64,000 nucleotides of DNA from Rhizophagus irregularis. Its lineage: Eukaryota. The stretch is taken from contig NC_089430.1 of the NCBI RefSeq assembly GCF_026210795.1, positions 5,642,001-5,706,000 of the forward strand, written 5' to 3'. Below, one piece after another: positions 40,490-53,759 of this stretch; position 1 is the stretch's first letter; each line of letters starts with the position of its first letter. Under the pieces are notes generated by a model. It saw only the letters and a list, made by a program, of their open reading frames with translations. It ran no database searches and was not told where the DNA came from. The translations under genes and the position numbers were made by a program.

Positions 40490-42420
40490 ATGGAGACTAC
40501 TTTGAATAAAATCTCCGACGGAGAAATTTTTTACCTCACAGAATGGTCATACATGTCATTAATTTTATGATAACGGCAACTTATTGATAGTTTGATTTTT
40601 TTGATTGCAATCTATACTTGTTTCTAATGACTTTGAAAGAATGTATCAAAAATAGAGGTTTTAAATTTTGTCTGAAAAATTATTTATCTTATATTTATTT
40701 TTTGATTAATATATAATTCATAAATAATAATTATAATTTTCTTTTTGAAATGTGAAGAAAATTTATATTTTTCCTTTTTAAAAATGAGAATCTAAAGATG
40801 GAGGTAAGAAAAAAAATGGATTATACATATGTTCAACAATATATTGTTAATTTGATTGATATTACTTTCATAATAATAATTTTATTTACTATATTAATAA
40901 TAATTATTTATTTTTGATACGATCATAAATAACTTTTTTGAACTTTTTATACAATAACTCTTAAAAAAGTAAATTATATGTTATTATTAAGAATTTTATT
41001 CTACTAATAAAAAGATCGAAGAAAAGAGATTAATACAATTACAGGTGTGATATTCATACATGATTAAAAACAGGTTTCGCAAAAAAAGTAAATAACTTAT
41101 TATATTAACTGTTAAAATAACGTATTCCGGCTCTTTGATACAACAAGATATGGATGAATTACATGCTGGGCACGGATTTCTCTTGTGAGAACTGGAAGTG
41201 AGACTAGATTTTTTACCTTTAAGTATTTTAAATATCCGTATGCAGAAACAATATACAAAAAGTTTAAATCTATTTTTTGATAGAATGACTTTTTGCTATG
41301 AATATATAATGTTTCATAATCATAATGATATTTTATATTTTTATATACCAAATTTAGACTTGACAGAGTCAACAATGGAAGAAGTCTGGGAAATAAAAGA
41401 AGATATCAAAAATAGGTAAATTTTATCAAAAAAGCCAGTGATATTTCGTTAAATATACACTTGTGTTGATATATTAATGGTATTTTGTACTTATTTTTAA
41501 TAAAAATTAACTGTAGAACTATTTTCTGGCTGTGTTGCATGATCGATATCAATCTTTTAACTTACTATGATGGTAACCCCTACAAACCCATCAGGAAGCC
41601 ACATCAGTGGCACAGATATTACTATTTTTATCATTGTGTAACATTTATCATGCGCGTTTTTAATGAAAGAAACGAGAACAGTGGCTTTGGATAGGGATGG
41701 CAACGGTCGGTCATGGTCGGTCATCGGTCGGTCATAACCGGTCAAGAACCTTTGACCGACCGACCGACCGTTTGACCGACCGGTCTGACCGACCGGTTAA
41801 CCGACCGTTTGACCAACTGGTTAACCAATCCTGAAAACGTTTGCGAAACGTAATTTAATTGAAATACTTAATAAAAAACGTTTTCGCAACGTTTTCTATT
41901 AAAATAATTAAAAAAACGTTTGTGAAACATTTTTTCTATTTCGCAAACGTTTTCAGGATCGGTCAAACGGTCGGTCAAACGGTCGGTTAACCGGTCGGTC
42001 AGACCGGTAGGTCAAACGGTCGGTCAGAGGTCTTTGACCGACCGATATCGGTCACGGTCATGACCGGTCATAACCGGTTAATGACCGTGACCGTTGCCAT
42101 CCCTAGCTTTGGACAAAATTTATAGGATAATTTTTTTTTAGAATATAAATTCTTATCAGCAAATTATTATTACATATCATTTTATAATAAATGTTAATAA
42201 AAGTAAACAAATTTTTATTCGGCGAAGTCACATGGTTACACACATAGATCTTTACCGCGATCAATTAAGGAAACATTTTTTATGGCTGCCAATATTAGAT
42301 CAATAGATTAAAACATTAAATAGTGCAGCTGATTACGAAGGAAAACGGGAAAGTTGCAGAATCAGATGATTTGAATGGTAAACAAATAATGTAATTAACC
42401 ATTCATTAAACCAAACAAAA
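40490..42420 (+). pseudogene. Decayed intron-containing gene of unknown family, interrupted by a MITE
   Basis: Coding-like fragments bounded by splice signals (e.g. ..EDIKNR|gtaaat, ctgtag|..IFWLCCMIDINLL..), with several stops. The ORF at 41485 ends at the MITE insertion. Confidence 0.3.
41692..42105. mobile_element. hAT-family MITE (414 bp), young insertion
   Basis: Perfect 17-bp TIR TAGGGATGGCAACGGTC, perfect 8-bp TSD GCTTTGGA (41684-41691 and 42106-42113), and dense GACC/GGTC subterminal repeats. Confidence 0.95.
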
Positions 42421-42437
42421 TTTTGGAAAAGTAGAGT

Positions 42438-42975
42438 AGTACCCAGAAATATATATATAGGGGTCTGGTGATGAAAAAAATTTTTTCAGGGCCAGAATTA
42501 TGATAATGCCAGTCAGTTACTATAATAGGGCATGGCTAAAGCGGAGCTAATGTGGCTCAAAAAATTTTCCAGATTCCCCCGATGTGGCACATGCGGTAAA
42601 ATATTTACCCGTGGTGTCCAGCCGGCACAACGTTGAGCTGTGGCTGAGCTTGGGAGGTCCTTAGTGGGTGTGGCGAGTGCTGGAACAAGTCTCACTGTCA
42701 CGAAGGACCAGCTCTGCCACGCCACAGCAACACTGTTGTGACGAGCTGGGCCACTGTAGGTAAATATTTTCCCGCTATGTGCCATCAGGAGAATCCAGTA
42801 CAAAATTTTTTGAGCCACTGCAGCCCTGCCCCGCTTTAGCCGTGCCCTATAATAGGAAATAAAATTCCAACTGGCATTATCGAAAATTATCTAAAAAAGG
42901 AAATATTTTCATGATTTTTTTAGTTCAAAATACGCAAACTCAAACCTGACCCTTTTATATATATTTCTGGGTCCT
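42438..42975. mobile_element. TIR element with 8-bp TSD (host of a nested MITE)
   Basis: Imperfect ~28-bp TIRs AG(T/G)ACCCAGAAATATATATA..GGGTC and a perfect flanking direct repeat AGTAGAGT (42430-42437 and 42976-42983). Confidence 0.8.
42529..42846. mobile_element. GC-rich MITE with long TIRs and a 9-bp TSD (Mutator-like), nested
   Basis: GGCATGGCTAAAGCGG..GTGGCTCAAAAAATTT pairs with AAATTTTTTGAGCCAC..CCGCTTTAGCCGTGCC. CTATAATAG lies on both sides (42520-42528 and 42847-42855). The exact boundary is ambiguous by 1-3 nt because the TSD is near-palindromic. Confidence 0.75.
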
Positions 42976-43634
42976 AGTAGAGTTAGGATTCCTAAGATGG
43001 AAAAGGTATAAAGATAACATAGTCAGCATAGAAATCCGGCTAGCATCGATACATTTTGTCAAATGGAAATATTAATTTTATTTTTCTGTGTTCTGATATT
43101 TTTTTTTGATTTTATAACTACTTGTATCACTCATTTGTATATAGAATAGTTAGTAACAGCCATATGTAGTCCATAGTATAGTTTAGTAAGTAGGTATAAT
43201 AGGTGTCTACTTCCATCTCAGACGGGTTAGTAGATAGAATAACCTAAGTGATATTAGTTAGTGTTATGTCAATTGTACTTTTTGTTTTTTATATGTAATT
43301 TATTCCTAAATTCATTATAATAAAAAAATGCGCGTTATTAACAAAAAAAAAGTAAATAAAATTTTTTGTCTTTATTGACATTGAAAAGCAGTAAAATAGT
43401 GGTGAAATTTCTATTTATTAAATTGTCACTTTGGTTATTATACCATTAAATGGATTAATATAACTCCTTTTCTGTAATTTCACAACTTTCATAAAAAAAT
43501 TCAAATTTATTTTGTTATAATAATAACTAATAAAAGAATGCTTATGATTTATTACATAAGTTCCAATTCATTCTTCATAATAATATCCAAGTTCTAAATG
43601 GTCTTTTTCAGCCATTACATGTATAATTCAAATG

Positions 43635-46600
43635 CTATTTCTTTTTATAACAATTTCCAAGGTTAAATTGTGCTGCTTTATCACCACTTTCTGCCGCTTT
43701 ATTATGCCAATAAATGGCTTTGACTAAATCCTTTTCTATCCCTTCACCACATTGGTATAAATATCCAAGGTTATTTTGTGCAGTAATATAACCTTTTTCT
43801 GCTGCTGATTTATACAATTCAAATGCTTTTGATTTGTTAACTTCAGTTCCAATTCCTAATTCATAACAATATCCAAGTCGACATTGTGCAGCTGAAATAT
43901 TTTTTTCTGCAACTATTTTATATAATTCAAATGCTTTTGTTTTGTTGACTTCAGTTCCAATTCCTTTTTCATAACAACATCCAAGGTTAAATTGCGCTGC
44001 TTCATTACCACTTTCTGCTGCTTTATAATACCAATAAATGGCTTTATTTAAATCCATTTCTGTACCTTTACCATATTGATATGAATATCCAAGATGGTTT
44101 TGTGCATTTATATGCCCTTTTTCTGCTGCTGATTTATATAATCCAAATGCTTTTGTTTTGTTAACTCCAGTTCCAATTCCTTTATCATAACAATATCCAA
44201 GTTGATATTGTGCAGTCATATGCCCTTTTTCTGCTGCAATTTTATATAACTCAAATGCTTTTGTTTTGTTAAATTCAGTTCCAATTCCATTATCATAACA
44301 ATACCCAAGTTGATATTGTGCAGTCATACGCCCTTTTTCTGCTGCTACTTTATATAATTCAAATGCTTTTGTTTTGTTAACTTCAGTTCCAATTCCTTCT
44401 TCATAACAATTTCCAAGGTTAAATTGTGCTACTTCATTACCACTTTCTGCTGCTTTATTATACCAATAAATGGCTTTGTCTAAATCCTTTTCTATCCCTT
44501 TACCATATTGATATGAATATCCAAGATCATTTTGTGCAGTAATATGCCCTTTTTCTGCTGCTAATTTATATAATTCAAATGCTTTTATTTTGTTAACTTC
44601 AGTTCCAAATCCTTTATTATAACAATATCCAAGATTATATTGTGCATTTAAATAACCTTGATCTGCAGCTATTTTATATAATTCAAATGCTTTTGATTTA
44701 TTAACTTCAGTTCCAATTCCTTCATCATAACAATATCCAAGTTGATATTGTGCATCCAAATGGCCTTTTTCTGCTGCTATTTTATATAATTCAAATGCTT
44801 TTGCTTTATTAGTTTCAGTTCCAGTTCCAAAATAATAACAACATCCAAAATAATATTGTGCATTAGTTTGTCCTTCTTCTGCTGCTGATTTATAAAATTC
44901 AAATGCTTTTGTTTTATTAACTTCAGTTCCAATTCCATTATCATAATAATATCCAAGATTGTATTGTGCATCAATATGGCCTTTTTCTGCTGCAGATTTA
45001 TATAATTCAAATGCTTTTGTTTTATTAACTTCAGTCCCAATTCCTTTTTCATAGCAATGCCCAAGATTATATTGTGCATTAATTTGTCCTTTTTCTACTG
45101 CTTTGTTATACCAGTAAATAGCTTTATCTAAATTCTTTTCTGTACCTTTACCATATTGATATAAATATCCAAAATTGTTTTGTGCAGTAATATGTCCTTT
45201 TTCTGCTGCTAATTTATATAATTCAAATGCTCTTGATTTATTAACTTCAGTTCCAATTCCTTTATCATAACAATATCCAAGGTTAAATTGTGCTGCTTCA
45301 TTACCACTTTCTACTGCTTTGTTATACCAATAAATAGCTTTGTCTAAATCCTTTTCTATACCTTCACTATATTGATACAAATATCCAAGATTGTTTTGTG
45401 CTACTTCATTACCACTTTCTGCTGCTTTACTATACCAATAAATTGCTTTGTCCAAATCCATTTCTGTTCCTTTACCATGATGATATGAATATCCAAGATT
45501 ATTTTGTGCCGTAATATGCCCCTTTTCTGCTGCTAATTTATATAATTCAAATGCTTTTGTTTTATTAACTTCAGTTCCAATTCCTTTATCATAACAATAT
45601 CCAAGATTAAACTGTGCTACCTTATTTCCATTTTCCGCTGCTTTGTTATACCAATAAATAGCTTTGTCTGAATCCTTTTCTGTACCTTCACCATATTGAT
45701 ATGAATATCCAAGATTGTTTTGTGCAGTTATATGTCCTTTTTCTGCTGCTAATTTATATAATTCAAATGCTTTTGATTTATTAACTTCAGTTCCAATTCC
45801 TTTTTCATAACAACATCCAAGGTTAAATTGTGCTGCTTCATTACCACTTTCTGCTGCCTTTCTATACCAGAAAATAGCTTTATCTAAATCTTTTTCTATC
45901 TCTTCACCACATTTATATAAATTTCCAAGACTATATTGTGCATTAATTTGTCCTTTTTCTGCTGCTTTATTATACCAGTAAATAGCTTTGTCTAAATCCT
46001 TTTCTGTACCTTCACCATATTGATATAAATATCCAAGATTATTTTGTGCTATTTCATTACCACTTTCTGCTACTTTGCTATACCAATAAAAGGCTTTATT
46101 TAAATCAATTTCTGTTCCTTTACCATATTGATATAAATGTCCAAGATTATTTTGTGCATTTAAATGTCCTTTTTCTGCTGCTGATTTATATAATTCAAAT
46201 GCTTTTGATTTGTTGACTACAGTTCCAATTCCTTCTTTATAACAATATCCAAGATTGATTTGTGCGGTAATATGTCCTTTTTCTGCTGCTAATTTATATA
46301 ATTTAAATGCTTTTGATTTATTAACTTCAGTTCCAATTCCTTTTTCATAACATTGCCCAAGATTATATTGTGCATTAATTTGTCCTTTTTCTACTGCTTT
46401 ATTATACCAGTAAATAGCTTTGTCTAAATTCTTTTCTGTACCTTTACCATATTGATATGAATGTCCTAAATTGTTTTGTGCAGTAATATGTCCTTTTTCC
46501 GCAGCTAATTTATATAATTTAAATGCTTTTGATTTATTAACTTCAATTCCAATTCCTTTATCATAACAATATCCAAGATTATATTGTGCAGTAATGTGTC

Positions 46601-49600
46601 CTTTATCTGCAGCTTTGTTATACCAGTAAATAGCTTTGTTTAAATCCTTTTCTGTACCTTCACTATATTGATATGAATATCCAAGATTGTCTTGCGCGGC
46701 AATATGTCCTTTTTCTGCTGCTAATTTATATAATTCAAATGCTTTTGATTTATTAACTTCAGTTCCAATTCCTTTATCATAACAATATCCAAGCTCATAT
46801 TGTGCATTTAAATGCCCTTTTTCTGCTACTAATTTATATAATTCAAATGCTTTTATTTTATTAACTTCAGTTCCAATTCCTTCATTATAACAACATCCAA
46901 GCTTATATTGTGCATTTAAATGCCCTTTTTCTGCTGCTAATTTATATAATTCAAATGCTTTTGATTTATTAACTTCAGTTCCAATTCCTTCATTATAACA
47001 ATATCCAAGACTATATTTTGCATTAATTTGTCCTTCTTCTGCTGCTGATTTATATAATTCAAATGCTTTTAATTTATTAACTTCAGTTCCAATTCCTTTT
47101 TCATAACAATATCCAAGATTATATTGTGCATTAATTTGTCCTTCTTCTGCTGCTGATTTATATAATTCAAATGCTTTTGATTTATTAACTTCAGTTCCAA
47201 TTCCTTCATTATAACAATATCCAAGACTATATTTTGCATTAATTTGTCCTTCTTCTGCTGCTGATTTATATAATTCAAATGCTTTTAATTTATTAACTTC
47301 AGTTCCAATTCCTTTTTCATAACAATATCCAAGATTATATTGTGCATTAATATGCCCTTTTTCTGCAGCTAATTTACATAATTCAAATGCTTTTGATTTA
47401 TTAACTTCAGTTCCAATTCCATTATCATAACAATATCCAAGATTGATTTGCGCAGAAATATGCCCTTTATTTGCTGTTAATTTATATAATTCAAATGCTT
47501 TTGTTTCATTAACTTCAGTTCCAATTCCTTTTTCATAGCAATATCCAAGTTTAAATTGTGCAGCTAAATATCCTTGTTCAGCTGATTTTTGATATAATTT
47601 AAAAGCTTTTCTATTATTTTTTTTCACACCTTTACCTTTTCTATAGCAATCACCTAAATCACATTGCGCAATTTTATGTCCATTTTCTGCTGCTTTTTGA
47701 AAATAATAAATTGCTTTTTTATAATTTTGTTTTGTTCCAGTACCATTATAATTATTAATTCCAATTCGTCTTAATCCTTCAAAATATATTGTTTTATGAA
47801 TTTTTATTTCTGCATTTTTATTTTGTCCAAGAATGCATTTGGCGATAATATTTCCATTATTTGCTGCTTTCTCATACCAATTAAAAGCTTGTTCTCTATT
47901 AATTTCTATTCCAACTCCATAAAAATAACAATTTCCAAATTGATATTGAGCATCTGTGATTTCTTTCTCTACTAATATTTGATAATATTCAAATGCTTTA
48001 GATTCATTTTTTTTAATTCCTTTTCCTAATCTATAGCAATTTGCTAGATAAAGTTTTGCAGTTATATTTCCATTATCAGCTGCTTTTTGATACCATTCAA
48101 TAAATTTATTTTCATTATTCTTAGTTCCAATATTAAATTCATAGCAATATCCTAAATAAAATTGTCCAACAATACTTTTATTTTCTGCACCTTTTTGATA
48201 CCAATTGAATGCCAGATTTTTATTTTCTTCAATTCCATATCCATCATTATAACATTTAGCAAGATAAACTTGTGCTATTGAATAGTTATTTTCTGCTGCT
48301 TTTGAAAATAATTCAAATGCTTTTTCGTCATTTTCTTCTATTCCAATGCCATAATAATAAAATAATCCATAAAGCCAAATATAATCTGATTTATCTTGAT
48401 TTATTGAAAGCCAATTAATGAGATCATTTGTAATTTGGCTAAACTGCAGTGTTATTTGATGAATTTGTTGTTCAATTTGATCAAAAGTATAACCCTTATC
48501 ATGTTTTTTAATAATAACTGTAATTAATCTTTCAATCAATAAATTATTGATATTATTAACTGTTGATTCAAATGAATCCTTTGATAAACTCGTTTGAATT
48601 GATATATTTGATTGATTATTTCTAGCAAATATTCCTGTTGATTGGCTATATACTTGATTTGGCAAACTATTTCCATAACTCATGAAATTTAATATATTAT
48701 CCAAATTTGAATTGTTATTAATGTCTAAACTATTATTTATATCGAAATCATCATGAATATCTGAATCGACACTATCATTATTTATATCTTCATTTATATA
48801 TAAGTCATAATTTATATCTGAATCACCATTTATGTCTAAAGTTTCTTGGTCATCTTTATAGTTATTAGTTTTAAGATCTTGATCAGGAAAAACTATTGAT
48901 TTTAGAACTAAAACAACCTTTTGCATATCAGGACGCTTATCTGGCTCATTTTCCCAGCATTCTAATTATTAAAATAAATTAGTATTATTCATACATTCCC
49001 ATTTAAAACAAAATATTGTGTAAAATCATTACCTGTATATAAATTACCATATTCAAGGGGAGTATTATTAATAATTTCTTCTCGTTTACCATTTACTATA
49101 GATAAGGATAAATTTCCGTCATACTTATGATTACAAAATGGTTGTTTTCCGCTTGAAACTTGCCACATTAATACTCCATAACTATACACATCGGATTTTT
49201 TGTTTAATTCGTAACTATGGTCATTTAATTTTTTTGGGTCAATAAAAGGTATTACACCGAATATTTTTGATGTATTACTTGACGCATTAGCAATTTTTTC
49301 TGACAATCCGAAGTCTGCCAACTTTATCTTTTTTTGATGTACAAGCACATTATCTGCATGCTATAAGTATATGAAGAAAATTTATTCAGCACATACTATT
49401 ATTGAAAAACTAATATATATTTAAAAATTTAACTATACCAGATCGCGGTGGATAATATCATTTTCATGTAAAAATGCAACTGCACTAGATAATTGAAATG
49501 ATAACAAATATTTGTCATTCCAATCAAGTTCATGAAATTGTTTGTTTAAATAAGCTCTTAATGTGCCGCTGTCAGCATATTCTAAAACTAACGAATATTT

Positions 49601-50066
49601 TTTTTCTAAATACAACGTGTGAAGAAAATAAGTAATTAATCATACAGATTACATATTAAATTAAATAATACATCCTAATACTTGCCAGTTTCTATCTTTG
49701 TAATGCCACAGAGTCGTAAGATATTCTCATGAAAATCTACTTTTTTTTGCAATTTTATCTATAAAAAATTTAATAAATTTAAGCTTTAAAAATTACAAAG
49801 ATTCAAGATTACAATATTATATAATATACCTCATTGACAACAACTTTAAGCGTTTCATAATCATTACTGAAAGATTTTAAAGCGAACAAACTATTTTTCC
49901 AATTAGCACGAGAAACACTGCCACACGCACCACTTCCTAACAGTTTTAAACTTTTAAATTCTGAATAATTGTAATAATTGATGTGTTCATCATCAATTGA
50001 TTTTTCTAACCAATCAATATAAATATTTGACTCTTTGAGTTCAGTTTCTTTCGTTTCTTTTGACAT
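43635..50066 (-). CDS. TKL-type protein kinase with ~43 C-terminal SEL1-like repeats (~2030 aa, 5 exons)
   Basis: Motifs [67 protein letters not shown]. The last exon (~5.3 kb) encodes 36-aa repeats [34 protein letters not shown]. Intron 2 appears to use a GC donor (gcaagt at 49685). Confidence 0.95.
43650..47570 (-). repeat. 108-bp tandem repeat array (homogeneous part of the SEL1 region, ~36 units)
   Basis: Recurring ATATAATTCAAATGCTTTTG..TTAACTTCAGTTCCAATTCC (type A) and TACCA(A/G)TAAAT(A/G)GCTTT..AAATCCTTTTCT (type B) at 108-bp phase. Confidence 0.95.
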
Positions 50067-50235
50067 TCTTTACAATAACTTTATTTTGTTGATTTTAACG
50101 GAGCTCGCTAGAGATATTCCGTAATTGCTGAGTTTAAATGGATGGTATTTATAGAAATGATCCACTGTCGTAAACTCATACATTATGCGTAACTTTTTTG
50201 CATGAAACAGGGAGGACGTGCTTATATTGCCATGT

Positions 50236-50931
50236 CGATCATTCGCCGATCATTTATATGTAAGCTATAGGTTATCTAGAATATATTTTAAAAAAATTAT
50301 ATTGAAAAAAGGTGTAACGACTGTAACGCCAAAGTTAGCTTCAAGCTGAAACTTTCAATCATTTGATAATTGCCGATCATTCGCCGATCAACTGCTATTT
50401 TGATCAATTATTCAATCTTATCACATACGAGAAAGTGTCTATTTTCCATTAATAAAAGCATTAATAGAATTTTGAACAACGTAATGCTTAATGAACAAAT
50501 TTAAATAAAACAAAAAAATCTTTAGACAGTTTATGTATAAAATTTTGCCAGATTTAATATTAGTTCATGAACATTCATTCAATGATAGTAACTTTTTGAT
50601 TATCTAAAATTCCATATGATTATTTTGGGCATTGATCCTTTGAATACCTAAATAATGTATTTTAAAAATCTCTAGTTTCGCCCGAAGTTCTGTAGCTTCG
50701 CCTGGTCAACAAATGATCGGCAAGCCCGTGATAAAATAGATATGTCCGCCCTGTTTATTTGCATGACTGTTACACATGATAAATCATGAAAGTAAAAAAA
50801 AAAGAAATATCAAAATTGACATTGAAATATTGAAAGTAAGTAAACGTAAGCAAGTAGAGATGGCACGTGATTTAAAAGTATGGTGTTTGAGTTAAAAAGC
50901 GTTTTTTTTTGCTTTTAAAACATTGATCGGC
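50236..50931. promoter_or_regulatory. Cluster of TGATCGGC/GCCGATCA motifs upstream of the kinase-SEL1 gene
   Basis: Five copies (50245, 50372, 50383, 50714, 50924), including an exact 17-bp repeat CGATCATTCGCCGATCA at 50236 and 50374. Function is inferred only. Confidence 0.35.
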
Positions 50932-53759
50932 ATGATCAATTACGCTAATAAGTATACTAGGAAACGGAAACCGTTGTGAGCCCGGATAAAAAGTTTTTTC
51001 ATTCTAATGTACCAAAAATGGTGACGTGCACGAAATCTCCACGTGACCTACGTCATCACATAAAATTTATATAGTCCCTTCGCTTCGTTTCAGACTAATG
51101 AATATTTAATAATAAATGTATTCTAAGCAACCTTTTAAGTTTAAAATTATGTCTCACGGAAAACTACCATTAGAAAAGTTAATGAACGTGGATGAACTTG
51201 CCTGTTGAGTCCATTCAATTCCAACATCTTCAGTTACTGCTGAACGCAACTGGTCTAGTTTTGGGATTTATCTATAATAAATCATATAATGGTAGGATGT
51301 AAACCTTGTAGCTCTTAAAATTTTAAGATTTAAGAATTCTAAAAGAAATTAGTGAAGATATTTGGGTTGAAAATGATGAAAATTAAACAAATTATATTGA
51401 AATATGTATTATAAAAGTGCTTGTGAAATATGTATGCATAATAAAGTGCACGTTGTTTTAAAACGTTTTTTTAACACAGATTGGCGTTACAAATTAACTA
51501 TTTTTGAAATATGAGCTACTTTTCGCATATTTAAAAGAACCACATTTTATTTGTTATAACTTGATTGGTTTAACTAATTTATTTCAGTATCATTTGAGCA
51601 ACATCATTTAATTATTGTGCATCAATCAAATTAATAAATATAGTACGTAGCATTAGAATAGTAAGATCATCAAAATCAATAATTCTGGCCGATTTTTAAT
51701 TCGGCCAGAATTAACAATTTAAAACTTAATTCTGGCCGGCATTAAAATTAGTCCAAAATTTATTTCGGTAATTTTATCACGAAAATTTTCGGTTTTAAAT
51801 TAAAATATTTTTCTAATTGTGAGTTATAACTTAAATTATGTGTTGAAAATCGAAAAAAAAAGAAAGAACAAAGTGAGCAACCTTTATGTATACATCCAAT
51901 AAAAAATTATTTTGTATTGAATTTAAATTTCTTTTTTTTACAAAATTGTTAAAATTGTTGGCAAAAGATTTGTTCGATCGTAATTACTAGATACTTCATT
52001 GCGGTGAACGTAAAATTGTGCTTGACTAGTTCATCTGTAAGTTTATGTTTATTATATAACTTATGTATTTGAAAGAGTATTTAAACCCTAAATTATTAAC
52101 AATAGTACGCTAAATTTTCTAAATAATCTTTGTCGTGTAATTAAACATTTTATTATCATATTTTGAAAACTACTCTTATAATATAATGTAAAACATATGA
52201 CTTATTTCGTTGTATTTTTTTTTAAGAAAATTACTACAATAAGTACAAATTATTGGTAATCCAAAGTATATAAAAGGTGGTAAAGCTATAATTATAAATA
52301 TTTGAAAAATCATAATAAATACTAAAAAAAATAAAAATTTATATAATACTAAATAAAAAAACAATCATAAGTATTAACATTACAAAATAAATAATTTGTC
52401 TAGTTATCTAGAGTAAATATGTACTAGAAACGCATAAATAAATATATATAAATTCTCTTTTCTTTCTCCTTTCCCGCTTTTCCCACACTTTTTGTTGAAG
52501 AAATCTTAAGCGTTTCTCTCCTTAGGTGCAAATTTCCAATAAGTTTGTCTTTTTTTTTTAATGTTTCATTTTAATGAATGATCTCTAATAGTTGTTTTTC
52601 TTACTTTTTTTTATGTGGGAATATGGTGGGAAAATTTTTTTTCTTAATTATCTATTTTAACAAAACGTTTTCTAACGTTTCAGTTTTTTTTCTTAGTTTT
52701 CTTAGATGGTTCTTTCAGTCTCCTTGGACGTGAAATTTCGGTAAGCTATTTAAATTTTTTTCTTTAATTGCTTTTGTTTTAACGAACATTTTCTAACAGT
52801 TCGTTTACTTTCTTCATCTAGGCGTTTCTCTAAGGTCTCTTTGAGAAATGGAATTTTGGTATGGTAATTAGTTTTTTTTCTTTGATTATTTTATTTTAAC
52901 GAACTTTATTTATTAACATTTTTCTCATTTTTCTCTTCTAGGGTTTGCCGATTCTCCCTGGAAATGGAAGTGGGTGTCATTTCTTCTGGTCTTTCTTATA
53001 TTTTTTGTCTTTGTTATTAACTTTCTCCTTTCTTTTTTATAGATGTAGGCTTCAATTTCTTTTTTTTTGGGGGTTTCAGTGGCTCTTTCGTGTTTCTTTT
53101 TTAGGTTTTGTCAATTTCTGGGTAGGTGTTCTATTTTATTCTTATTTTATCTTTCTATCTTAATTACTAACATCTGTTCTTCTTCTTTGTAGATTTTGGT
53201 GCTTCTTTTATTTTAAGGTTTTGGCAGAAGGAAGGTTTTTGTTTTTTATTGTATATTTATTTTTTATGACGTCTTTGATAATAATCTTTCTTTTTCTAGA
53301 TTTTAACTTTTTTTTAAAAAAAAAAACCTGTAACGCATCTTTTATTAGGACAACATAATTTGCGCCATAAGTATAGATACCTAGAAACGCTCGTGCAAAC
53401 ATGAAACGCCTCTATAGCAGAGAGTATATCGAGTATATCTATCCTAATAAAAACAAAAATAATAAAATAATAAATATAAAAGAAAAGCAAACCCGTTCCT
53501 AATCCTTGATGAGAAAAAAAAAAACTAAACTAAGATGAGACCTAACTAAAATTTGCTCTATATTACGTAGGGAAAAATAAGTGAAAATTTGTAATAAAGA
53601 CTGAAGCCTAACGCTATAAAAATAGATGAGTCCCAACGGCTCCATACCCAGTAAACAATTATTCAATCTTTTCTCCCATAACCCTACAAAAAATAAAGTT
53701 AGTAAACTAAACTATTAAATTACATATATTCTAAAATTTATTATTGGTAATATTTTTTA

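Noticed and set aside
42513..42818. 101-aa minus-strand ORF in a GC-rich patch
   Set aside because: It coincides with a MITE with long TIRs, has no recognisable domain, and is open because of higher GC.
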